A DNA stretch of 64,000 nt, from the NCBI GenBank assembly GCA_947482825.1, contig CANKMT010000011.1, forward strand, positions 5,050 to 69,049, written 5' to 3'. The notes beneath the pieces were generated by a model. The model was given only the letters and a program-made list of their open reading frames with translations, had not been told where the DNA came from and did no database searches. Made by a program: the position numbers and the translations under genes. Positions 44,270-53,236 of this stretch are shown here, piece by piece. Each line of letters opens with the position of its first letter. The stretch's first letter is position 1. This DNA comes from Betaproteobacteria bacterium (lineage in GTDB: Bacteria > Pseudomonadota > Gammaproteobacteria > Burkholderiales > SG8-39).

Positions 44270-46549
44270 TTATTCATTGAGGACGATCGGTTCCAGCGCA
44301 TCGCCCTGGGCCAGGACACGCCCGATGATTGCGGCCCGGCCGTAGCCCAGTGCTCGCAATTCGGCGATGCATTCGCCAGCCCGCGACGCGGGAATCCCGG
44401 CCAGAAGACCGCCGGCCGTCTGGGGGTCGAACACCAGCGCATAGCGCGGATGGTTGACCATCGCCTCCTGGTTCCTGAGCGCGCGTCGCAGGCGCACGTT
44501 GGCGGGCTGGAGCGAGCTCAGGATGCCCGCCTTCACGGTTTCCTCGGCGCCTTCGAGCACGGGCAGCGCGGAAAGATCGATCTCGGCATCCACGCCCGAG
44601 GCGCGCGTCATCTCCACGAGGTGCCCCAACAAACCGAAGCCGGTGAGGTCGGTGCAGGCCGAAGCGCCGTGGTCGATCAGGCAACGCGCGCCCAAACGGT
44701 TCGAGTGGCACATCGAATGGAGCGCCGCGTCGATCCAGCGGCCGCGCGCCTTCAGCTTCGCGTGCGCGGCGAAGAGCGTGCCGGTGCCGATCGGCTTGGT
44801 GAGGATCAATGCGTCGCCCGGTTGCAGGCCGCCTTTCTTCATGACGGCCGCGAGCCCCTCGTCGATGAGGCCATTGACCGCGAAGCCCAGCGCGAGCTCG
44901 GCGCCCTCGCCCGTGTGCCCGCCGACGAGCGCGCAACCGGCCTCGTTAAGCACTTCGATCGCGCCGGTCATCATCTGGGTCAGAACATCTTCGACCTTGG
45001 ATTCAAGCCCCGGCGGCACGGTCACCACAGCCGTAGCCGACTGGGCCTCGGCCCCCATCGCGAAGATGTCGCCCAACGCGTGGTTGGCCGCGACCTTGCC
45101 GAACACGTAGGGGTCGTCGACGAAAGCGCGAAAGAAATCGACGCTGTGCACCAGCGCCTTGCCTGGCGGAACACGCATGACCGCAGCGTCGTCCGGCGAC
45201 TTCAGCCCGATCAGGACGTCGTCGCGTTCAATCGGGTTCAGCCCACCGAGCGCCCGGGTAAGCACGCTCGCGCCGACCTTGGCGCCGCAGCCGCCACAGC
45301 GCATCGCAATTGCCGAGATCGCCTGCGCGGCCTCTTCGCCCTCCAGCTTTACAGTGGTCGCCGCGAAAGGGCGCGGGGCCGATTCGTCCATGGCCGGCAG
45401 GTCGGTGAATTTCTCCATGAAACGCCGGTCGACCCAGTCCTTCCAGGCCCAGACCCAGTCGCCTTCGGCGTGCAGCGCGCCTCGTGACGCGATTGCATGT
45501 TTGTCGCCGGTGCTGATGAGGGCCAGCCAGCCCTTCTGCGGGCGGTAGGGCTCCAGCGGCCGGCTCTCCACTGCGCGTCGCAGGTTTTCCGCAAGCGGGG
45601 GGCCCTGGCGGACCGCGAACACGCCGGCCTTCTCACGCGGGTGATCTACCATGTTCGCGATGTCGCCGGCGGCAAAGACATCCGGGTCGGTCTCGGTCTG
45701 CAACGTGTCGGTGACCCGAATGAAGCCCGCATCGTCCAAAGCGAGGCCGGTCCCGCTCAGCCAGTCCGCGCCGGAGGCGCGCGTGACCCAGACGATTTCG
45801 TCGGCATCTACAGATTCGCCGCGCGGCATGTGCAGGCGCCCGGCCTCGACGACCTGGACGGGCGAATTGAGGTGGATCTCCACGCCGCGCTCTTTCAGGA
45901 CGCGCAGGAATTTCGCGCGCACTGCGGCATTGTGGGTGGGCAGGATCTCGTTGCCTGCATCGATCAAATGGAATTTCGGCGCCTCGGACTCGCGTCCGAG
46001 CAAGCGCAGCTCGTTGTGAAGGCGGAACTGCATTGCAAGCGTGAGTTCGACGCCGCCCGCACCGGCGCCTACCACACCTATCGACCGCGCGCCCCGGGAC
46101 CCGAGAACACGGTCGAGCAATGCGAGCCAGCGATCGTTGAAAGCATGGATCGGCTTGACCGGCACCGCATGCTCCGCCGCGCCCGGCACGTTGCCGAGCA
46201 TTGGCGCTGAACCGATGTTGATCGAAAGCTTGTCGTAGGCGACCGGCGGACGGTGGCGGCAGAGCACCTTGCGCGCGGCGCGGTCGATGCCGATCGCTTC
46301 GTCGCTGTAGAACCGGGCGCCGGCGAATCCCGCGAGGCGCCGCAAGTCGATGTGGACTTCGTCGTAGGCGTAGTGGCCGGCGACATAGCCCGGCAGCATC
46401 CCGGAATACGGCGTGTGCGTATCGCGGCAGATCACGGTGAGGCGAACGCCGGGCATGGGCCGCATGCCGAATCGGCGCAGCACGCCGACATGGCTGTGCC
46501 CGCCGCCGACCAGCACGATGTCCCTCAGCACGGGTTGAGCCGTCTGCAT
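44270..46549 (-). CDS. selD: Bifunctional FAD-dependent pyridine-nucleotide-disulfide oxidoreductase / selenide, water dikinase (SelD) fusion
   Basis: N-terminal VLVGGGHSHVG and VGAGAGGVE dinucleotide folds (~370 aa). C-terminal SelD with CGGCGAKV active-site loop (Cys form) and AIR-synthase-like domains. Confidence 0.88.
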   Translation of the reverse strand: MQTAQPVLRDIVLVGGGHSHVGVLRRFGMRPMPGVRLTVICRDTHTPYSGMLPGYVAGHYAYDEVHIDLRRLAGFAGARFYSDEAIGIDRAARKVLCRHRPPVAYDKLSINIGSAPMLGNVPGAAEHAVPVKPIHAFNDRWLALLDRVLGSRGARSIGVVGAGAGGVELTLAMQFRLHNELRLLGRESEAPKFHLIDAGNEILPTHNAAVRAKFLRVLKERGVEIHLNSPVQVVEAGRLHMPRGESVDADEIVWVTRASGADWLSGTGLALDDAGFIRVTDTLQTETDPDVFAAGDIANMVDHPREKAGVFAVRQGPPLAENLRRAVESRPLEPYRPQKGWLALISTGDKHAIASRGALHAEGDWVWAWKDWVDRRFMEKFTDLPAMDESAPRPFAATTVKLEGEEAAQAISAIAMRCGGCGAKVGASVLTRALGGLNPIERDDVLIGLKSPDDAAVMRVPPGKALVHSVDFFRAFVDDPYVFGKVAANHALGDIFAMGAEAQSATAVVTVPPGLESKVEDVLTQMMTGAIEVLNEAGCALVGGHTGEGAELALGFAVNGLIDEGLAAVMKKGGLQPGDALILTKPIGTGTLFAAHAKLKARGRWIDAALHSMCHSNRLGARCLIDHGASACTDLTGFGLLGHLVEMTRASGVDAEIDLSALPVLEGAEETVKAGILSSLQPANVRLRRALRNQEAMVNHPRYALVFDPQTAGGLLAGIPASRAGECIAELRALGYGRAAIIGRVLAQGDALEPIVLNE

Positions 46550-46601
46550 CTATACCCTCGCCATTGCTGTGCCTTCCCCCGCTTCTACCGCGCGACTTCG
46601 G

Positions 46602-46796
46602 TCAGTCGGCTTCCTCGATCCACAGCATCTGGATGGCCTCGAGGATCTTCTCGCCCGACTTGTCCGGGGCGTCGTCGAAGCCCGGCAACTCGGTGACCCA
46701 ACGGTGCAGGTCGGTGAAGCGGATGTACTGCGGGTCGACGTCCGGGTGGGCATCGATCAAGGCGATGGCGATGTCTCGCGAGTCGGTCCACTTCAT
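46602..46796 (-). CDS. iscX: Fe-S cluster assembly protein IscX
   Basis: [34 protein letters not shown]... 64 aa. ATGA overlap with the fdx stop. Confidence 0.9.
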   Translation of the reverse strand: MKWTDSRDIAIALIDAHPDVDPQYIRFTDLHRWVTELPGFDDAPDKSGEKILEAIQMLWIEEAD

Positions 46797-47134
46797 GAGT
46801 GAAGCTCCCGGGCGTGGTTGATGGTGTATTTCGGGATCTCGATCGTGAGATCCGCGCCCGCCACGAGGGCCTGGCACGATAGCCGCGACTGCGCCTCCAG
46901 CCCCCAGGCCTTGTCGAGCATGTCCTCTTCCTCTTCGGTGGCTTCGGCGAGGGACTCCCCGCCCGTACGCACGACGACGTGGCAGGTCGTGCAGGCGCAG
47001 GATTTTTCGCAGGCGTGCTCGATCCCGATGCCGTTGGCGAGCAACGCGTCGCAGATCGACACGCCTTTTGTCGTCTCGATCACGGCCCCTTTCGGGCACA
47101 GGTCCGAGTGGGGGAGTACGGTGAGCTTGGTCAT
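46793..47134 (-). CDS. fdx: ISC-system [2Fe-2S] ferredoxin
   Basis: 113 aa; Cys ligands C..ACTTCHV..C; follows hscA. Confidence 0.92.
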   Translation of the reverse strand: MTKLTVLPHSDLCPKGAVIETTKGVSICDALLANGIGIEHACEKSCACTTCHVVVRTGGESLAEATEEEEDMLDKAWGLEAQSRLSCQALVAGADLTIEIPKYTINHARELHS

Positions 47135-48999
47135 AGCTTGAGGTTGGCGATCTTCTGGCCGGTGAGCGCGTTGCGAACGCTGCGGTCCATGCGGCGCGCG
47201 GCGAATTCCTCGGTCACGCGGTTGAGCGCTTCGGAGGACGACTTGATCACCCTGTGTTCCTTGCCGGTGACCGCCTTGGCGAGCGCTTCGACCCGGCAGT
47301 CGATGTCGGTACGCTCGTGGGCCGAGAGCAGCGCCGCATCCGCAGCCAGTGCCGCCCGCACGGCTTCGAGCAACCTTTCGGCCTCCACCCGCGCTTCCCG
47401 CAACGCGCGCGCCTGCATGTCGTCGCGCGCGTGCTCGAACGAGTCCTTGAGCATTCGGGAGATGTCCTCGTCGGCCAGGCCGTAGGAAGGCTTGACCACG
47501 ACAGAGGCTTCGACGCCGGTGGTAGCCTCCTTCGCGCTCACTGAAAGCAGGCCGTCGGCGTCGACCTGAAACGCAACACGGATGCGCGCGGCGCCTGCAA
47601 CCATCGGCGGGATGCCGTGCAGCTCGAAGCGGGCCAGCGACCGGCAGTCCGAAACGAGCTCGCGCTCACCCTGCACCACGTGGAAGCTCATCGCCGACTG
47701 GCCGTCCTTGAAAGTGGTGAACTCCTGTGCCCGCGCCACGGGAATCGTCGAATTGCGCGGCACTATCCTCTCGACCAGCCCGCCCATGGTCTCCATGCCA
47801 AGGGACAGCGGGATCACGTCGAGCAGCAGCCAGTCCTCGCCGGATGTCTTGTTGCCGGCGAGCACGTTGGCCTGCATTGCGGCGCCGAGGGCAACGACCT
47901 TGTCCGGATCGAGATTGTTCAGGGGATCGCGCTTGAAGAACTCGGCGGCGGCGCGCTGGATTTGCGGCATGCGCGTGGATCCGCCGACCATCACCACACC
48001 CTTGACGTCCTCCACCGCGAGGCCGGCGTCGCGCAGCGCCTTGCGCGTCGGCCCGAGCGTCTTGGCCACCAGGGTCTGCGTAATGGCCGCGAAGATCTCG
48101 GTCGTGCGTGTCGCCTCGACCACATCGCCTGAGCCCAGCCGCGCGGTGATGCGCGCTGTGCCATGCAGGGTGATCGCCTCCTTGGCCTCGCGCGCCTTGG
48201 TCAGCAACAGGCGCGTGTCCCCGGCCGAAAGCGGCGGGAGCTTGGCCTGCTCGAGGATCCAGCAGAACACGCGATGATCGAAATCGTCGCCGCCGAGCGC
48301 GGCATCGCCATTAGTGGCCAGCACTTCGAACACGCCCTTCGAAAGGCGGAGGATCGATATGTCGAACGTGCCGCCGCCGAGGTCGAACACTGCGTAGACG
48401 CCCTCGGACGAATTGTCCAGGCCATACGCGATGGCGGCCGCGGTCGGCTCGTTCAGCAGGCGCAGCACGTTGAGGCCGGCGAGCCGCGCGGCATCCTTGG
48501 TCGCCTGGCGCTGCGCATCATCGAAATAGGCCGGCACCGTGATCACCGCGCCGGTGAGTTCGCCGCCGAGCGATGCCGTGGCACGCGCGGCAAGCACCTT
48601 GAGCACCTCCGCGGAGACTTCCACCGGACTTTTCACGCCTGCGGCGGTGCGCAGTTGCACCATGCCAGGCGCATCGATGAAATCGTAAGGCGCGTTTTCT
48701 ATGTTGGCCACGTCCTTGAGCCCGCGCCCCATGAAGCGCTTGGCCGAAAGGATCGTGTTCTTGGGATCCGCGGATTGCTCGTCCTGCGCCGCGTAGCCGG
48801 TTTCGGCATGGCCGCCGGGGAAGTAACGCACCACCGAAGGCAGCAGCGCGCGGCCCTGCTCGTCGGGCAGGCAAACGGCCGCGCCGCTGCGCACCGTGGC
48901 CACGAGCGAGTTCGTCGTCCCCAGGTCGATGCCCACCGCAAGCCGGTGCTCATGCGGCGCGGTGGACTCGCCGGGCTCGGAGATTTGGAGCAACGCCAT
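47131..48999 (-). CDS. hscA: Fe-S protein assembly chaperone HscA (Hsp70 type)
   Basis: [26 protein letters not shown], Hsp70 signatures, 622 aa. Confidence 0.95.
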   Translation of the reverse strand: MALLQISEPGESTAPHEHRLAVGIDLGTTNSLVATVRSGAAVCLPDEQGRALLPSVVRYFPGGHAETGYAAQDEQSADPKNTILSAKRFMGRGLKDVANIENAPYDFIDAPGMVQLRTAAGVKSPVEVSAEVLKVLAARATASLGGELTGAVITVPAYFDDAQRQATKDAARLAGLNVLRLLNEPTAAAIAYGLDNSSEGVYAVFDLGGGTFDISILRLSKGVFEVLATNGDAALGGDDFDHRVFCWILEQAKLPPLSAGDTRLLLTKAREAKEAITLHGTARITARLGSGDVVEATRTTEIFAAITQTLVAKTLGPTRKALRDAGLAVEDVKGVVMVGGSTRMPQIQRAAAEFFKRDPLNNLDPDKVVALGAAMQANVLAGNKTSGEDWLLLDVIPLSLGMETMGGLVERIVPRNSTIPVARAQEFTTFKDGQSAMSFHVVQGERELVSDCRSLARFELHGIPPMVAGAARIRVAFQVDADGLLSVSAKEATTGVEASVVVKPSYGLADEDISRMLKDSFEHARDDMQARALREARVEAERLLEAVRAALAADAALLSAHERTDIDCRVEALAKAVTGKEHRVIKSSSEALNRVTEEFAARRMDRSVRNALTGQKIANLKL

Positions 49000-49063
49000 C
49001 AGCGTTCCTTAGTCGTCGCCATCAGCGTTCCTTAGTCGTCGCCATCAGCGTTCATGGATCGTC
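48995..49063. repeat. 3 x 23-bp tandem repeat spanning the hscA start codon and RBS
   Basis: Units 48995-49017 and 49018-49040 are identical (gccatcagcgttccttagtcgtc). Unit 49041-49063 differs at 4 positions. Confidence 0.9.
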
Positions 49064-49071
49064 GCCACGGC

Positions 49072-49596
49072 CTACTCGTCCAGCGCTTGGTACGCGCCGC
49101 CGACTTCCTCGCCGAAACGGGACAGGAACTGCAGTTCACGCAGCAGCCCGACTGCGCCGGGCAGGTCCTTCTCGGCATCGATCTTGGCGGCGAGCAATGT
49201 TTCGAGCCGATGGCGGTCGCGCGCCAACTGCGTGGAAAGCGCGTCGAGGGAAGCTGCGTCCTTAGCGTCCTCGAGCGACTCGCGCAGTTCGAGTTGCCGC
49301 ATGAGGAAGGCAGGCGGCATGGCGGTATTCGTTTCGAAGCCCACATCGAGACCCGCCCGCTCGAGCAGGTACTTGGCGCGCAGCACCGGGTCCTTCAGCG
49401 TGCGGTAGGCCTCGTTCACGCGCGTGGTCCACTGCATCGAGGCGCGTTTTTCCGCTGCGCCCGAATTCACGAAACGGTCCGGGTGAATGCGCGCCTGGAT
49501 TTCGCGATAGGAACGCTCGAGGGCCACTGCGTCCAGCACGTAGGCGCTGGGCAGGCCGAAGAGCGAGAAGTGATCCTGCGCGATGTTGAGCGTCAT
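49072..49596 (-). CDS. hscB: Fe-S protein assembly co-chaperone HscB
   Basis: J-domain DHFSLFGLPSAYVLD...IHPDRF plus C-terminal helical domain. Start ATG 49596 chosen by alignment logic (the ORF is open to GTG 49641). Confidence 0.9.
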   Translation of the reverse strand: MTLNIAQDHFSLFGLPSAYVLDAVALERSYREIQARIHPDRFVNSGAAEKRASMQWTTRVNEAYRTLKDPVLRAKYLLERAGLDVGFETNTAMPPAFLMRQLELRESLEDAKDAASLDALSTQLARDRHRLETLLAAKIDAEKDLPGAVGLLRELQFLSRFGEEVGGAYQALDE

Positions 49597-49603
49597 ATGA
49601 ATG

Positions 49604-49623
49604 AAAAAGGGGCTTGCGCCCCC
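49604..49623 (-). terminator. Intrinsic-terminator-like hairpin between iscA and hscB
   Basis: Minus strand GGGGC-GCAA-GCCCC followed by TTTTT, ending 8 nt before the hscB ATG. Confidence 0.45.
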
Positions 49624-49731
49624 TGTGCCACCGAGTTGCACTGACCTCCCACGCGCCTCCGCAGGCGTATGCCGCCTGTCGGCAGGTCACGCGAGGGTCG
49701 TGCAATCGTTATATTAACCCGCGGAACGCCC

Positions 49732-50055
49732 CTAGATGTTGAAACTCTCGCCGCAACCGCACTCGTCCTTCACGTTCGGGTTCCTGAACTTGAATCCCTC
49801 GTTGAGGCCTTCGCGCGTGTAGTCCAGTTCGGTGCCGTCGATGTACGGCAAGCTCTTGGGATCGACGAGCACCTTGACGCCATGGCTGTCGAATGCGACA
49901 TCGTCGGGGTTGACCGCGTCCGCGAATTCGAGCTTGTAAGCCATGCCGGAGCAGCCGGTGGTCCGCACGCCCAGGCGCAAGCCCACGCCCTTGCCCCGCT
50001 TGGACAGGTAGCCGCTGACGTGATCCGCGGCCTTCTCAGTGAGAGTGATTGCCAT
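49732..50055 (-). CDS. iscA: Fe-S cluster insertion protein IscA
   Basis: 107 aa; [11 protein letters not shown] and C-terminal CGCGESF. Confidence 0.93.
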   Translation of the reverse strand: MAITLTEKAADHVSGYLSKRGKGVGLRLGVRTTGCSGMAYKLEFADAVNPDDVAFDSHGVKVLVDPKSLPYIDGTELDYTREGLNEGFKFRNPNVKDECGCGESFNI

Positions 50056-50078
50056 GTATTCAGCCTTCCGCTTCTCGA

Positions 50079-50501
50079 TTAACCGTGTGCAACCTGCTTC
50101 TCGGGCGCGCCCGGAAGCTCGTTCGCGTGCTTCTGCTTGTAATCCGCCACCGCAGCCTTGATTGCGTCTTCGGCGAGGATCGAGCAGTGGATCTTTACCG
50201 GAGGCAGCGCGAGTTCGGCTGCGATCTGCGTGTTCTTGATGCCTATCGCCTCGTCGAGCGTCTTGCCCTTGACCCACTCGGTGACGAGCGAAGACGAAGC
50301 GATCGCCGAGCCGCAGCCGTAGGTCTTGAAGCGCGCGTCCTCGATCGTGCCGTCCTTGGCGACCTTGATCTGCAGCTTCATCACGTCGCCGCACGCGGGG
50401 GCCCCGACCATGCCGGTGCCGACCGAGTCGTCGCCCTTTTCGAACGAACCGACGTTGCGGGGATTCTCGTAGTGGTCGATTACTTTGTCGCTGTATGCCA
50501 T
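50079..50501 (-). CDS. iscU: Fe-S cluster assembly scaffold IscU
   Basis: [50 protein letters not shown]. Confidence 0.95.
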   Translation of the reverse strand: MAYSDKVIDHYENPRNVGSFEKGDDSVGTGMVGAPACGDVMKLQIKVAKDGTIEDARFKTYGCGSAIASSSLVTEWVKGKTLDEAIGIKNTQIAAELALPPVKIHCSILAEDAIKAAVADYKQKHANELPGAPEKQVAHG

Positions 50502-50578
50502 TTTGTTCTCCAGTGCCGGGGCCGCCGGCTTGAAACCGTATTGCTGATGCCGCCTGTGACTTTATCGCCGTTCGATGA

Positions 50579-50645
50579 TCTCCTCATTTCGAGAATCCGA
50601 GGTTTGCGCGTTCGCGCAAACCGGGGGATTCTCGAAATGAGGAGA
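50579..50645. repeat. 67-nt composite hairpin in the iscS-iscU spacer
   Basis: Outer 20-bp perfect arms tctcctcatttcgagaatcc / ggattctcgaaatgaggaga. Inner stem ggtttgcgcg / cgcgcaaacc. Confidence 0.85.
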
Positions 50646-50690
50646 CCGGGGAATTCAAATTCGGCAAGTCGCCAATCCTTGCCAGTGATC

Positions 50691-51899
50691 CTAATGCGCC
50701 GCCCACTGCACCGTATTCAGGTCAACGCCATCCTTGTACATCTCCCACAGCGGCGACAATTCGCGCAGCTTTGCCACCTTGGTCTTGAGCAGGTTCACCG
50801 CGAAATCGACTTCTTCGACGGTGGTGAACTTGCCAAGGGTGAAGCGGATCGAGGAGTGCGCGAGTTCATCCGACCGGCCAAGCGCGCGCAACACGTAGGA
50901 CGGTTCCAGCGAGGCCGACGTGCAGGCCGAGCCCGAGGACACCGCGATGTCCTTGATCGCCATGATGAGCGATTCACCCTCGACGTAATTGAAGCTTACG
51001 TTGAGGTTGCCGGGAATTCGCCGCTCCAGGTCGCCGTTGAGGACGACCGCTTCCATGTCCGACAGTCCCGCCCACAGGCGATCGCGCAGCATGCGGATGC
51101 GCTCGTTGTCGCTTGCCATCTCGGCTCGGGCTAACCGCGCAGCCTCGCCCATCCCGACGATCTGGTGCGTGGCCAGCGTGCCGGAGCGGAATCCGCGCTC
51201 GTGGCCGCCGCCATGGATCTGCGCCTCGATCCTCACGCGCGGCTTGCGCCTTATGTACAGTGCGCCGATGCCCTTGGGGCCGTACATCTTGTGCGCCGTG
51301 ATCGTGAGGAGGTCGACCTTGAGTGTGGCGAGGTCGATTTGGATCTTGCCTGCCGCCTGCACCGCGTCGCAGTGGAGAATGATGCCCTTGGCGCGGCAGA
51401 TCTCGCCCAGTTCCGCGATCGGCTGGATCACGCCGATCTCGTTGTTCACCATCATGATCGACGCGAGGATCGTGTCCGGCCGGATCGCCGCCTTGAATTT
51501 CTCAATATCGACCAAGCCGTTTTCCTCGACCTCGAGGTAGGTGCACTCGAAGCCCTGGCGCTCCAGCTCCCTCATCGTGTCGAGCGTGGCCTTGTGCTCG
51601 GTCTTCTGGGTGATGAGGTGCTTGCCCTTGGTCTTGTAGAACTGCGCGGCGCCCTTGATCGCGAGGTTGTTGCCTTCGGTGGCGCCCGAGGTCCAGACGA
51701 TTTCCCTGGGGTCGGCGTTAAGCAGCGCCGCCACATAGCCGCGGGCCTCCTCGACCGCCTCCTCGGTCTTCCAGCCATAGGCGTGCGAACGCGACGCCGG
51801 GTTGCCGAAGTGCTCGGTGAGGTAGGGAATCATCTTTGTGGCCACGCGCGGATCGACGGGCGTGGTCGCTGAATAATCGAGGTAAATCGGGAATTTCAT
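50691..51899 (-). CDS. iscS: Cysteine desulfurase IscS
   Basis: 402 aa; PLP Lys region [11 protein letters not shown], active-site loop [21 protein letters not shown]. Confidence 0.95.
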   Translation of the reverse strand: MKFPIYLDYSATTPVDPRVATKMIPYLTEHFGNPASRSHAYGWKTEEAVEEARGYVAALLNADPREIVWTSGATEGNNLAIKGAAQFYKTKGKHLITQKTEHKATLDTMRELERQGFECTYLEVEENGLVDIEKFKAAIRPDTILASIMMVNNEIGVIQPIAELGEICRAKGIILHCDAVQAAGKIQIDLATLKVDLLTITAHKMYGPKGIGALYIRRKPRVRIEAQIHGGGHERGFRSGTLATHQIVGMGEAARLARAEMASDNERIRMLRDRLWAGLSDMEAVVLNGDLERRIPGNLNVSFNYVEGESLIMAIKDIAVSSGSACTSASLEPSYVLRALGRSDELAHSSIRFTLGKFTTVEEVDFAVNLLKTKVAKLRELSPLWEMYKDGVDLNTVQWAAH

Positions 51900-51911
51900 T
51901 GAGCGAATTCC

Positions 51912-52388
51912 TTAAGCCAGGGCTTCCGCGGCGGGCTTGGCCGACGGTCGCAGGTCCTTCAGCACGCTGGCGTCCTTGTTGCTGCGCTGGTGATCGACGA
52001 GGTCCTGGAGCGTGACCGAGCTGAGGTACTCGAACATCTTGGTGTTCAGCGTTGCCCACAAGTCGTGCGTCATGCAGCGCTTCTCGCCGTCGATGCAGTT
52101 TTCCTTGCCACCGCACTGGGTCGCGTCGAGCGGCTCGTCCACCGCAAGGATGATGGCGGCCACCGACATGTCGCGCATCGGCTGGGCGAGGTTGTACCCG
52201 CCCCCCGGCCCGCGCACGCTCGACACGAGCTTGTGACGGCGCAGTTTGCCGAAAAGCTGCTCGAGGTAGGAAAGCGAAATGTGCTGGCGCCCGCTGATAG
52301 CCGAAAGGGTGACCGGCCCGCCGTTCTGGCGCAGCGCCAAGTCCACCATAGCGGTGACCGCGAACCTGCCTTTAGTCGTGAGTCTCAT
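51912..52388 (-). CDS. iscR: Fe-S cluster assembly transcriptional regulator IscR (Rrf2 family)
   Basis: MRLTTKGRFAVTAMVDLAL..., Rrf2 wHTH, Cys cluster C..C.....C. Confidence 0.92.
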   Translation of the reverse strand: MRLTTKGRFAVTAMVDLALRQNGGPVTLSAISGRQHISLSYLEQLFGKLRRHKLVSSVRGPGGGYNLAQPMRDMSVAAIILAVDEPLDATQCGGKENCIDGEKRCMTHDLWATLNTKMFEYLSSVTLQDLVDHQRSNKDASVLKDLRPSAKPAAEALA

Positions 52389-52422
52389 AGTGTTCTTCCC
52401 GTATTTTTACCCGGCATCATCG

Positions 52423-52447
52423 ATACCCGATCGAATTACTCAAGTAT
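52423..52447. promoter_or_regulatory. IscR type-1 binding site (proximal)
   Basis: ATACCCGATCGAATTACTCAAGTAT compared with the consensus ATASYYGACTRWWWYAGTCRRSTAT. Lies 35 nt upstream of the iscR ATG. Confidence 0.6.
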
Positions 52448-52450
52448 ATC

Positions 52451-52475
52451 CTACCCGACTGAATTACTCAAGTAT
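52451..52475. promoter_or_regulatory. IscR type-1 binding site (distal)
   Basis: CTACCCGACTGAATTACTCAAGTAT: a near-identical direct copy 28 bp from the first site. Confidence 0.6.
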
Positions 52476-52487
52476 TATTTAACCCTT

Positions 52488-53201
52488 TTATTTGACGACC
52501 CGGAGGGGCTCATCGACCTTGGGGCGCTGGTCGAGTTCGCGCTCAAGGCGATCCAGTTTGGCGCGCAGGGCGTGGACGGTCTGGTCGAGTTCCTGCGAGT
52601 GTTCGACAAGGCTGCCAATGGCCTTTGCGTAAGGGTCGTCCTGGCCGCTGACCACCGCATAAGCCGCAAACTGGATCGCACCGGGCGCTTCGCCTTCGAC
52701 CACGCGACCGGGAACCCCGACCACTGTCGCTCCAGCCGGAACTTCGCGCACCACGACCGCATTGGAGCCGATCTTGGCACCATCGCCGACGAAAATCGGC
52801 CCAAGCACCTTGGCGCCGGCGCCGATGACTACGCCCTTGCCCAGCGTCGGGTGGCGCTTGCCTGCGCTCCACGACGTGCCGCCAAGCGTCACGCCGTGAT
52901 AGAGGGTGCAGTCGTCGCCGATCTCGGCGGTCTGGCCGATGACCACGCCCATGCCGTGGTCGATGAAGACCCGGCGCCCGATCGTCGCGCCGGGATGGAT
53001 TTCGATGCCCGTGAGCCAACGGCCCAAGTGCGACACGAAGCGCCCAGCCCAGAGCAGGCGCAGATCCCATAGCGCCCTTGCCGCCCGGTGGATCCAGAGC
53101 GCGTGCATGCCGGGGTAGCACGTGAGCACTTCCCAAGCGTTGCGGGCGGCAGGATCGCGGTCGAAAACGGACCGGATATCTTCTTGGATTCGGGTAAACA
53201 T
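52488..53201 (-). CDS. cysE: Serine O-acetyltransferase CysE
   Basis: DPAARN..., hexapeptide repeats [22 protein letters not shown]..., coiled C-terminal tail. Confidence 0.88.
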   Translation of the reverse strand: MFTRIQEDIRSVFDRDPAARNAWEVLTCYPGMHALWIHRAARALWDLRLLWAGRFVSHLGRWLTGIEIHPGATIGRRVFIDHGMGVVIGQTAEIGDDCTLYHGVTLGGTSWSAGKRHPTLGKGVVIGAGAKVLGPIFVGDGAKIGSNAVVVREVPAGATVVGVPGRVVEGEAPGAIQFAAYAVVSGQDDPYAKAIGSLVEHSQELDQTVHALRAKLDRLERELDQRPKVDEPLRVVK

Positions 53202-53236
53202 TAGCCGATGGTAGGAATGCCTACCTGTTTAGTCAA

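Noticed and set aside
48995-49063. Tandem repeats as a possible CRISPR array (likewise 15862-15947 and 31121-31208)
   Set aside because: The units are contiguous with no unique spacers, there are only 2-3 copies, and no cas genes are present. They are a tandem duplication and palindromic-element arms.
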